Below, piece by piece: positions 40,600 through 54,902 of a DNA stretch of 64,000 nt. A program made the translations under genes and the position numbers. The DNA is from the human T2T-CHM13v2.0 reference genome, Homo sapiens. Each line of letters begins with the position of its first letter. Position 1 is the stretch's first letter. Where the stretch lies: the NCBI RefSeq assembly GCF_009914755.1, contig NC_060931.1; one strand, written 5' to 3'. The notes below the pieces were generated by a model. The model was given only the letters and a program-made list of their open reading frames with translations. It did not search any database and was not told the DNA's origin.

Positions 40600-43085
40600 T
40601 GCTAAGCTACTGCAAGAGAGCTTTACTTAAAACAAAGCTCCACTTGTTCAAAATCTACTTGACTTCATCCTCTATACAGCAGACAGGTGGAGTAACTTCC
40701 ATTTAACAGCTATGACCAGATGTTGCATATATCACATTTACTCATCTAGTTATCATGTTCTGTTGGCCAGATTTTAGTCACAGGCTTTCACCTACATTCA
40801 AGGATGGCTGGGAAATGTAGTTTCTACCTGATCATTCACGTTCTACCAGTAAAGATTCTATTAATTAAGGAGGAGAGTAGAATGGATGTTGAAGACGATT
40901 AGCAGGCAATTCTAGGGTGCCTCCCTCTGACCATCCACATATCAATATACACCTGTATTGTACACATACAACATTCTCTTTCCTTCCTGACAGAAGAGAT
41001 CTAGAGTTAAAACCAACAAAAAGTCTATGTATCACGGTGAAACACAGTACTCTCCAGTGCAGGAAGTGGCTACCTATTGTCCTGTGACTTATAAACTAAA
41101 AGGCACATGCCCTCCACATGCTCAATCTACATATAATGGTGCAGTAGGAATAATATAACTAGAAATTCAAAAGAGGGAAGAAGGTAAAACACACAAGTCA
41201 TTAAATCCTGCTGATTGAAAATTCTGAAGACATCATGCTGTGAAAGTTTTTCTGTTAGCCCAGCTATTTGCTGTGGGTTTTGGAAATGATTCCTTTGTCC
41301 AGCGTTCTCTGTAATTCTGTCTTTGTCCTCTTGTAAAATTTACTCTGTGGCCACAAATGAAAATGGAGTTGAAGAACACGTCCTTGCAGTCTTATACTGC
41401 TGGCATAGACTTTGGGAAACAAAGGTTAATTTAGAGGTTCCGTACCACAGGCTTTTGCAGGCCAGACCATGGTGAGCAATGTTTCCTTTTCACCACTTTG
41501 CTTCCTGTCAGCAACATGTGAAGAAACCAAAGTGAAGGAATCTTCTCTGGTTATAGATTTTGTAACTTCAAACTTTCATTTATATACTAGTTCCTAGGCT
41601 CAGAATATTCCCCACCCATCTCAATTTAATGGCAGCTTCCGTTAGACCATCCGTAACATTAGCTGAATGAGAGGACAATATTAAACTGACCTCAGATGCT
41701 GGGTTGCTCCAATTTTCTGATGAAGGAAATTTAATATGGCAATCTCTAGAAAGGCTCTCAGCCACCATGCTCTCTTCTGCTGTTTGGGCTTCAGATATAT
41801 TTGGAATTTGGCTTTTTTTTTTTTTTTTTAAATCTTTTAAGGTTTCAAATTTCTGAACTCACAGACAATATAGTTTGGTTTTTTTTTTTTTTTTTTTTGT
41901 AATGTAAGATGTTTGCTTTGGTTACAATTTTAACACATTGATTTGTTGTGTAAGAGATATTAAATTTCTTTTGTTAGGCTAATTTGACACTTCCCCTTTT
42001 CTCTAGCAATGTATTCTTTGACAACCAAATTACCCACAAAGCTGGCAAGTTAGAAGAGGAAGCAAAAATGAAACTTTCAACCAGTCTCCTCTCTCAAACC
42101 AAAATGGCCTATTTCTAATTCAGATAAAACCGTGACTTCGAAAGACCATTGCTGCAGGCTTCTTATTGACCCCTGACTGTGATTTTATGATTAAAACAAA
42201 CAAATTTTATGATTAAAACAAAAACAAAAGCAAAAAACAGAAAAAATATCCCTGCAAGAAAATATCATCAAAGATCAGCGCCTGTTGTAATCAATGGGAC
42301 AGAGAGTCCCATTAGCTCCATTAGAAAGGATTTCTTCCCTTCCATCTCTGTTTCAATCTGGCTACTGATTGACTAAGTCTATCTCTTTCCTAGTAACTTA
42401 CTAAAAGGAGAAAGAATCTGCTAAAAATACACAGACATTTTAACTTTTTTTTCTAGCCATGTACCCTAGAGCTTCAATTCTCATAAAGATGTGTTCTACC
42501 TCTAAAATTATCATAGTTAACTGTTTTATTAGATTTGGCCCCAATATAACAAGAGCCACCAGCTTTCTAGCCAAGCCAGTAACACATTTTGGGGTTTCTT
42601 ATGGCAATACTCCACTTTTAGATGCCAATTTTCAAATTAGGATATGACCTACTTTGTAAAAATGATACAACAAAATACCCAATTCAAATAATATAGAAGG
42701 ACATTTTTTTTTTTTTTTTCTCATTTCGCTGTTCAGAGGAACTTGATCCAGGGCAGATAGATTGACCATGCCATTCTCAATGAAAGATTCTGATACACGG
42801 ATGCAAATCAGCTGTTCCACTTAGATCCATTTTTTTTCCCAGTAGCAGAAAACAGTACAAAACAAAACAAAAAACAAGGGACATGGAAAGTAAGTACCTT
42901 CCTGTGGAAAGATGTGACTTCAATTGCAAAGTTCACTTCAGCTTACGTTATTTTGGCAAGAAGTTAGTCACATTGCCACATTTAACTACAAAAGAGACAG
43001 AGAAATGTAGTTTGGCTAGGTAGTCTCCAGGTAGGAGGTTTTAGCACTGAGGAAGAAGGAAATGGCTACTGGAGAAAAATCAGAA
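40600..43085 (-). mobile_element. MLT1 (old MaLR) LTR-internal-LTR remnant
   Basis: Two related LTR segments (ttggccagattttagtcaca...gggaaatgtagttt near 40770-40825; ttggcaagaagttagtcaca...gagaaatgtagttt near 42955-43012) flanking a segment ending actccacttttagatgccaattttc (MaLR-int start, antisense). Confidence 0.6.
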
Positions 43086-43489
43086 GGTGCTGTATTCCTC
43101 TCCACTGTTCTTTTCACTAAATTGACCTTGAGAAATAGCCTGGCTTTTTAGAAATACAAATGATGAGAGAAGTGAGTACAAAGGTTGAATTTAAAAAAGT
43201 AGTTTCTGGGGGGCAGGGTGTGAGAAGATATTTATTTCCAAATTTTCCCTCAGGTCAAAATAGCTGATAACCAAGATACTGAATTATAGATCTGGAAGAA
43301 ATTTTCAGACTTCATCTTGCCTTTTGTTTGGATCACATCCAAAACACCCTGGGAAAAATGTTAGCCCAATTTAGCCTTCTTAGATCTCTGAAGGACATCT
43401 CTAACTTCTTTTTGCAATATTTGCTGCTATTTAATTTTAGAGAAGGGCCGTAAGATCCCATTCACCACTTCTACTGTATATGTCACCAC

Positions 43490-43760
43490 AGTATAGTGTA
43501 GTGGTGATAAAAATGTAAGCATAGAGTCTTCTGCTTGGGCTCAAATTCAAGGAATTCCAGCTCTGCCGTTTACTAACATAATGACCCTAGAGAAATAATT
43601 AATCTTTTTAAATTTCCACTTCTTAATTTATAAAATGGAGCTCATATTTGAACCCACTTGTGGGGATGTTAAGAGGGTTAAAGAGTTTAAAAATGTATAA
43701 AGCATTTGGAGCAGTGGCTGGTATTTTATCAATTCTCAATAAGTAACAGCTATTATTATC
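43490..43760 (+). mobile_element. MIR SINE
   Basis: ccagctctgccgtttactaac...tataaaatggag...aagcatttggagcagtggctgg...ctcaataag. Confidence 0.8.
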
Positions 43761-44329
43761 TCCTTGTATCTTTCTCAGGTCAGGAGATGTTCCCAAAATA
43801 AATAATACTGAAACCTTTTAAAAAAGCAGATAAATTATATTAATTATGACTGAAATTGATCAGAGAACATAAACCTACATTATTTTTTATTATTAAAATG
43901 TACATTATAATAATACAAATTAATAACATACATATGACAAAATGGTACACTACTTAAGAATGAAAGCCCAACAAATCTTTTCAAGTACCACCTTAATGGA
44001 AAATTTTGCATTAGACATAAAACTATACTAATTACAAAATAACTCTTTTTTGTTTGTTAAAGCACTTTAACAGTCTTTAAAATTACATCTCAGCTCCAAC
44101 TTTTGGTGTTCTTGTTCTTGCAAACTATTACAAAATGAAAGTAATAAAATGAAATGTTCTTTTTATTCTGATTATAAAGGTAACATACATCCATGCAGAA
44201 AAATCAAGAAATAGAGAAAAACATAAAAAAAAAAATAAAAGTTATCTGAAATTCTACCACTATAAAATGGCATCTAGTTAACATTTGAGGATTATTTTTC
44301 TAGGAATTTCTGGAATTTAAAAGAAAATA

Positions 44330-45480
44330 AGTCCTTTCTGGTAATGACAAGCTATCCTTTCTACAATAACAATTTTTAATTCTGGACAAAATTATTAAAA
44401 ATAATTATTTGAAGGTATTGGAAATTACCAAAATCAAGTAAAAATCTAAGAATAATTTTCTCTTAAAGATGATTGTTGTATCGGGTACATACTGTGAATT
44501 TGAGATTTTTTTTTTCTCGGATGCTTCACAAAGTATCCCACCTCCTCAAACGAGGTGGTGGAGAACCGCAGTCTTAGCAGCTGAAGGTGGCAGATGATAG
44601 AGAATAAGGCAACAGATTAGCTGGATATTTCAGAGGAATATCTTGTAAGCAAAATAGCCACAAAAGAGCAGAAATTTAAAAATCTAAATATAAAGTCTGC
44701 TCAAAATTTCAGTTGTCTGTAAACTACATACGAGTATGGGAGAACACAGAAAGTCTGCTAAAAAGCAGGTAGAAACTAAAGGATCTACCTTTGAAAGGAA
44801 AACTAGCTTCTGGTATGACTTGAGAGTATGCTCGTCTTTGACTGAGTGTATTTTCCAACCCATTTACAACTCTAAGGGCAAAAAGCAAATGCTTTACTGA
44901 CTCGAGGTGTCAAAGGATAAAACTCAGGGCTAGAAACAACAGTGGGAAGCTTGCACTTAGTATATGGCCCAGAAAATCACCCAAAAGGCGTGGGAACTTA
45001 TACATCTGCAAAGACTTGTAAATAAATTTTCACTGGAACATAATCATAAGAGGTCCAACTGGAAAGCAACTTAAATGTCCAACAATAAGCAAAACAGATT
45101 ATGTATATCTTTTAAAAGCAGTGTCATTCAGAAATGAAAGGTAAAATATGAATATATAGAACATCGATGAAGTTCTACAACATTATGCTAAAGGAAAAAA
45201 GCATGCACAAAGACTGCATGCTGATGATTCCATTTGTTGAAATTCTAGAAAAGGAAAAACTATAGAATCAAAATGCGGATCAGTAGGAGCGTAGGCCTAG
45301 GGTAGGAGAGGAGATCAACTTCAAGTGACATTGGACATTTTGGGGGTGATGGAAATGTTTCATATCTTGATGTGGTGGTGGTTTCAATAATTTCAACATT
45401 TGCCAAAACTCATTAAACTGTACATTTAAAATGGATGCATTTTATTGTATGACAATGATTTCCCAATAAAAATGTTAAAA
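44330..45480 (+). mobile_element. Ancient L1M fragments, ending in an L1ME/MB 3' end
   Basis: ttgggggtgatggaaatgtt...aaaactcattaaactgtac...cccaataaa. Confidence 0.6.
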
Positions 45481-45586
45481 CAAAAGTGCCCACCCACCTT
45501 ACATTTCATGTGCCATCCCCGCAAATTGCTTCTAATATATTGACCAAAATTCTTCCGATGAAAGTGACCCTTTGAAAAACAGAATG

Positions 45587-47073
45587 CATATTGAGTTAAC
45601 TTTTTATATGGTATAAGGAAGGGGCCCAATTTCAGTTTTCTGCATGTGGGTAACCAGTTATCCCAACACCATTTATTGAATAGGGAATCCTCTCCCCATT
45701 GTTTGTTTTTGTCAGGTTTGTTGGAGATCAGATAGTTGTAGGTATGCGGTCTTATTTCTGGATTCTCTATTCTATTTCATTGGTCTATGTGACTGTTCTT
45801 GTGCCAGTGCCATGCTGTTTTTGGATTAAAGACTTAAATGTAAAACCCAAAACTATAAAAACCCCAGAAGACAACCTAGGCAATACCATTCAGGACATAG
45901 GCATGGGCAAAGACTTTATGACAAAGACACCAAGGGCAATTGTAACAAAAGCGAAAATTGACAAGTGGGATATAATTGAACTGTATGTTTAAAATAGGTG
46001 CATTTTATTGTATGACAATAATTCTTATTGATAAAGAGCTTCTGTACAGCAAAATAAACTATCAACAGGGTAAAGAGACAACCTACAGAATGGGAGAAAA
46101 TTTTTGCAAACTGTGCATCTGACAAAGGTTTAATATCCAGTATCTACAAAAAACTTACACAAATTTACAAGAAAAAAGCAAACCACCCCATTAAAAAGTG
46201 GGCAAAGGACATGAACAGACACTTCTTGAGAGACGACATACATGCTACCAACAATCATACGAAAGAAAACTCAACATTATTAATCACTAGAGAAATGCAA
46301 ATCAAAACCACAATGAGATTCCATCTCACACCAGTCAGAATGGTTATTACTAAAAAGTCAAAAAATAATGGATGCTGGTGAGGCCAGGGGTGGAACGGAA
46401 CGCTTATACACTGTTAATGGGAGTGTGAATTGTTCAACCATTGCAGAAGACAGTGTGGGGAATCCTCAAAGACCTAAAGACAGAAACACCATTCAACCCA
46501 GCAATCCCATTACTGTGTGTATACCCAAAGGAATATAAATCGTTCTGTTATAAAGACATATGCATGCATATGTTCATCACAGCACTATTCACAGCAGCAA
46601 AGACAGGGAATTAATGATAGACTGGATTCCAAGTCTAAATGCCCATCAGTGATAGACTCGATAAAGAAAATGCAGTACAAGTACACCATGGAATACTATG
46701 TAGCCATAAACAAGAATGAGATCATGTCCTTTGCAGGGACATGGATGAAGCTGGAGGCCATTATTCTTAGCAAACTAATGCAGGAACAGAAAATCAAATA
46801 TGGCATGTTCTCACTTATTAGTGGGAGCTAAATGATGAGAACACATGGACACAGAGAGGGGAACAACACACTGGGGCCTATGAGAGGGTGGAGATGGGAG
46901 AAAGGAGAGGATTAGGAAAAACAACTAATGGATACTAGGCTTAATACCTGGGTGATGAAATCATCTGTACAATAAACCCCCATGAATCACATTTACCTAT
47001 GTAACAAACCTGCACATCCTGCACATATATCTGCCCTGGACTTAAAAAGTTAAAAAACAAAACAAAACAAAAT
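45587..47073 (+). mobile_element. L1PA11-13-like element with 5' inversion (twin priming)
   Basis: Antisense ORF2 45587-45822 joined to sense ggattaaagac...; 3' UTR and A-rich tail; TSD aaaacagaatg (45576-45586, 47074-47084). Confidence 0.92.
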
Positions 47074-47358
47074 AAAACAGAATGGCCTTTCAGCTTCTCC
47101 CAAACCTGTGGTCATCCATGGATTTTTAACTGAGATAATCCCTGAAGATAGAGAATGAGGCTAAGAATGACAGTTGAGAATGTTACCAGATTTTACAAAA
47201 TAGTATAAAAGTTTCATGACAAAATTTGTCCTTAAGATTCTGGGGACAAAATAAACAGCATCTATAAATATACACAGACTATTTTATATTATTCTTATAA
47301 TTTAACAATGTATGCCTATGCTTCATACAATGTATGTATGTATACATACATATGGATC

Positions 47359-47448
47359 ACTGGATCACTCATATGTTGCTGGTGGGAATGTAAAATAGTA
47401 CAGTCATTTTGGAAAAGACTTTGTTAGTATCTCATAAAACAAAGCGTG
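47359..47448 (+). repeat. Local 90-bp duplicate of 48323-48412 inside a TA-rich tract
   Basis: 82/90 identical, no indels (manual alignment). Confidence 0.9.
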
Positions 47449-47528
47449 GATGTATACATATATAAATACATATAAATATGCATAAATTGTTAAATGTGTA
47501 TACATATTTATATACATGTTTATATGTA

Positions 47529-48004
47529 TGATTGACCCTTGAACAACACAGGGGTTGGTACCACCTGTGCAGTAGAAAATTTGTGTATAAATTTTGACTC
47601 CCCCAAAACTTTAGTAATAGCCTACTGTTGACCAGAAGCCTTACCAATAACAAAGTTGATTAACACATATTTTGTATATGCATTATATACTGTATTCTTA
47701 CAGTAAAGTAAGATAGAGAAAATAAGAAAATCATAAGGAAGAGAAAATATTTCCTACTCATTAAATGGAAGTAGATCATCATAAAGGTCTTCATCCTTGT
47801 TGTCTTCACCTTGAGTAGGCTGAGAAGGTGGAAGAAGAGGAGGGCTTGGTTTTGATGTCTCAGGAGTGGCAGAGGCAGAAGAAGTAGAGAAGATGGAAGG
47901 GAAGGCATGAGAGGCAGACACACTCAGTGTAATTTTATTGAAAAAAAATTTGCATATAATTGGACCTGTGCAGTTTAAACCTGCCATTGTTCAAGGGTCG
48001 ACTG
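47529..48004 (-). mobile_element. Tigger2b-like non-autonomous DNA transposon
   Basis: TIRs ttgacccttgaacaac / ttgttcaagggtcgactg followed by TA. Confidence 0.88.
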
Positions 48005-48014
48005 TATATACAGG

Positions 48015-49395
48015 TACGGAAACAGAAAGAAATATTTGCAAACTACATATCTGACAAAAGACTGGTGTCTAGAATATATAAAGAACTCTCAAAACTTAAC
48101 AGTAAAAAAGCAAACCATCCGATTAGAACATGGAAAAAAGACATAAAGGAACATTTCACTGAAGAAGATATACGTATACAAATAAGCACATGAAAAAATG
48201 TGAAATACCATTAGCCATTAGGGAAATGCAAATTAAAACCAGAATGAGATATTTTACTCAATTGTCAGAACGGCTAAAATAAAAAATAGTGACACAACAA
48301 ACGCTAGCAAGATTGTGGAGAAACTGAATCACTCATACATTGCTGGTGGGAATGTAAAATGGTACAGTCATTTTGGAAAAGACTTTGTTAGGATCTTATA
48401 AAACGAAGCATGCAACTACCATGCAATCCAGCAAGAAATAAAAAAAAATTATGTTCACACAAAAACCTGCACCCAAATGTTTCATAGCAGTTGTATTTGT
48501 GGTACACAAAAACTGGAAACCATCCAGATGTCTGCAGTAGGGCACTCCTGGTGGCCTTGGACTGACCCAGTTCTTCTCCCTTTTTTGCTTGTAGTTCACA
48601 AGGATAACTGCAGAATGTGCTGAGAACGCAACATCGCGCGAGAAAGGGGAGCTGGCCAGAAAAGCCCAGGCTCTGTTTTAGTCCTCTCCTGAAAACAGGC
48701 TGTCTGTCAACACTTCAGTACAGTGGGTCAGGTTACCCTAGGTAAATAACCTATGGTGGGGTGCTGTCCAGGGTCCATCAGCTGAAGTGCAGGTAGGGCA
48801 CAGACTCCATTCCCCCTGGGCAGCCTTGTGAGCCTTGGGGGACCAGCTCACATGGATCCTAGGCTTCTGTTTTCCCTTGCTGCTGTCTGTAATACACTCA
48901 CTTCATGTAATTTGTTGATTGTATGGGTGTCTTGTCTCACCAGACTCATACAAGTTGGTAACCAGTTCACAGTGAACCTGCTTCACAGTGTTCATCATCT
49001 AAATGATTCATGGTTAAAGAAACTGTGGTGTACCTCTACCATGGAATGCTGAGTAAAAACAAAATCCATGCACAAAAGGCTATATATTATTCCATGTAAC
49101 ATTATTAAATTCACAAAAATATAGAAATGGAGAACAGAATATCAGTTTCAAGTGGGAAGAATGGGAGGAAAAGGGTATAGCTACAAAATGGCAACTTGAG
49201 GGTTCCTTGAACTGTGTAAGAGAAAATGAGCATATCTTTACTCTATCAATTTCAATATTCTGGTTGTGATATCGTACTATAGTTTTGAGGATGTTATCAA
49301 TGGAAAATTTGGTAAAGGGTATACAGGATCTCTCTATCCTTACAACTAAATATGTATCTACAATTACCTCTAAATAAAATGTTTAATTTTAAAAA
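48015..49395 (+). mobile_element. L1MC/MD 3' portion, interrupted by an LTR
   Basis: atatttgcaaactacatatctgacaaaag...ggaaatgcaaattaaaacc...ctacaattacctctaaataaaa. Confidence 0.8.
48533..48987 (+). mobile_element. ERV solo LTR (LTR47-like)
   Basis: TG...CA ends; cagaatgtgctgagaacgcaacatc; gtgaacctgcttcaca terminus; GC-rich block within L1. Confidence 0.7.
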
Positions 49396-49609
49396 GCTTA
49401 TGCCTTACAGTAGCATACAAAATGTCATTCTGAGCATTTATATTTATATGTTTATAATATTGTACTAATATATTTTGCGTATAGTCTTTTTTTAAGAATG
49501 CAATTTCAAAATAATCTACTAAAAAGAAATATGAGAAATACAAGAAATGTAAGGGAAAAATTCAACTGAATACATTATGGTGGGGCCAATTCTGAATTCT
49601 CTAATCTAT

Positions 49610-52380
<2,771 letters not shown>

Positions 52381-52384
52381 GACT

Positions 52385-52793
52385 TTTTTTTATTTTAATT
52401 TTTATTTTTTAAGTTCCAGGGTATATGTGCCAGATGTGCAGATTTGTTATATAGGTAGATGTGTGCCATGGTGATTTGCTGCACCTGTCAACACATCACC
52501 TAGGTATTAAGCCATGCATGCATTAGCTATTTTTCTAATGCTCTCCCTCCCCCACCCCACCCCTCAAACAGGCCCCAGTGTGTGCTGTTCCCCTCTCTGT
52601 GTCCATATGTTCTCATTGTTCAGCTTCCACTTATAAGTGAGAACATGTAGTGTTTGCTTTTCTGTTCCTGTGTTAGTTTGCTGAGGATAATGACTCCAGC
52701 TCCATCCATGTCCCTGCAAAGGACATGATCTTGTTCCTTTCTATGGCTGTAAAGTATTCCATGGTGTATTTGTACCACATTTTCTTTGTCCAG
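52385..52793 (-). mobile_element. L1PA8-10-like 3' end, 5'-truncated
   Basis: Antisense 3' UTR; TSD atgttagact (52375-52384, 52794-52803). Confidence 0.92.
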
Positions 52794-52819
52794 ATGTTAG
52801 ACTATTTTTTATGTACAGC

Positions 52820-53002
52820 AGAAGAGCAAAAGGACCTATGATGTTACCTTTAATATTTTTTTATAAGTTCGCTAATCCCATTCATGAGGGCTTTGCTCTC
52901 ATGACTTAATTACCCTCAAGGCCTCACTTCTTAATACCATCACCCTGGAACTTAGGTTCCAACATAGGAATTTTGGAGGGGCGCATGCATTCAAACCACA
53001 GT
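52820..53002 (-). mobile_element. MaLR LTR fragment (MST/MLT1A-like)
   Basis: taatcccattcatgagggc...ttaataccatcacc...cattcaaaccacag. Confidence 0.75.
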
Positions 53003-53350
53003 GAAGCCCTAACCCATATTGTAACTGCATTTGGAGGCTTTAGGAGGTAATTAAGGTTAAATGAGATCACAGGGCGGAGTTCTCATCTGATGGAATTGGT
53101 GGCCTTACAAGAAGAGACAAAGAAAGATAGTGATTTCTCTTGGCTTGATCATGCACCTAGGAAAGACCCATGTGAGTGCATAGCCAGAAGGCAAACATCT
53201 GCAAGTCAGAAAAATAGCCCTCACCAGACCTAGTCATACTAGCACCTGATCTTGGACTTCCACCATCTAGAATGGCAAGAAATACATTTCTGTTGTTTAA
53301 GCCACTCAGGCTATGACATTTTATTACAGCAGCCTAAGCAGACTATTACA
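53003..53350 (+). mobile_element. MaLR LTR (MLT1A-like)
   Basis: gtaattaaggttaaatgag...tcttggacttcc...tgttgtttaagccactcagg...gactattaca. Confidence 0.8.
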
Positions 53351-54861
53351 GGTTATACCATTGATATCTTGAGCAAGCCTTATTTACTCAATAGACATTG
53401 AAAAAAATTTACAACATTCTGATATAAAACCTTTAGAAATTATTTCATGAATAAAACAGTTATAAGGCAATTTCATTAATATAGTGTATTAAAATATTTT
53501 TGTTAAAACTAAAAAGCAAATTAAACTTGAACTCCAAGAAAGTGAGATGATTTCATAGTCAAGAGACAAAGGAGGTAGTATAGGATAATTAAGACAAATG
53601 CTTTCTAAAGAAATTAATACTTTACCAAGTATAACATAAATTTCTTAGTGCTATCCTTTCACCAAATGACACCAAACAAGTTCAGAAATAATGTTATTTT
53701 ATTTATATAATATATAAGTGAGAGTAACTATTAAGAAATATGACTAAAATATGATTGAGATTATCCTACATGAATACACTAACCCTAGGCTAAATATACC
53801 CTAATATTTCGGTTATTTTTAAATATGATTGATATTGACATGATGACCACTTATTGAACTAAAGAGACCAAACCACATACCCCAATTCATTCTCAGAATA
53901 AGTAGGCAATGGAGGGAATGCTGTGAATATTTACAGAAAATACCTTTACTAATGCGATGTTAGAGTCCAGAAGTTGAATGAATCTGGAACACTATTATAT
54001 AAAAAGAAAAAATAAAAAAAATATGATCCTGATTCTATTTTTTCTCTCAATAAGATGTCAGAAAGTGAAGAATTGCAGACCTATCCATTATTGTCGGTAC
54101 TCTGTAGTTTGAGTTCATATTTAAGACAGTCAATTGACAGGAGACAGACCTGGAGAAAGAAAAGGAGAGATCGTAAATGGTCAATCTCCTCTCCAATGAG
54201 CTAGTTTTCAAAGAAGGGCATATGAACAGTGCGCTAATGTCTGGTGTTCATCAAACAACAAAAAAAAACTCTCTATTTTGAAACATGAGATTTTATTAAA
54301 ATTGTGCAGTCAAAATATACTCAGTGGTTTTATTTAACTCCCCAGTTTTTATATAAATATTGTTACATGGATCATGAGACCATATTTAAACTTCTATTTG
54401 GGGTTGAATAAAATAATCTAAAACAAGTAAATACTCAGACACAGCCTATGGCTCAGTTAAAAAATTTAATAGTTATAGCAGATGAACTGGGAAGGTTGAG
54501 GTCTGACCAGCACCCATCTGACTTCTGTGGTCTTTCTCAATGCATATATCACCCTGCTTAGGAAGCTGTTTATATTAGTTGGCTTGTTGACTATCTTCCA
54601 ACTTAAAGAGAGGTGAATATAACCTTGGATAGCTAGGTGGAATGTTTGGCAGTGGAAATGTATGTATAATTATTTATTGGCCACTGCCAACTCACCTCTG
54701 ACTTGAAATGAGCAGATACAAAAACAAAACCAGTGAATGTAATAGAAAGTTCATTTAGGACATGAAGAGCAAGAATTGGAACCTTTATAAATGTTTGAAA
54801 TAGTCTATCCTGGTAATATGTTTGAGAGCTCTTCCCTCCTGTTTCTTAATTGGTAATATAA

Positions 54862-54864
<3 letters not shown>

Positions 54865-54901
<37 letters not shown>
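54865..54901. repeat. (TC)n microsatellite
   Basis: about 18 perfect units. Confidence 0.95.

Positions 54902-54902
<1 letters not shown>

Noticed and set aside
47754-47987. Acidic/Pro-rich peptide 'PTQGEDNKDEDLYDDLLP'
   Set aside because: Lies inside the Tigger2-type element; a recurrent repeat-derived translation
48625-48645. CpG cluster catcgcgcgag
   Set aside because: Too short for a CpG island; lies within an LTR
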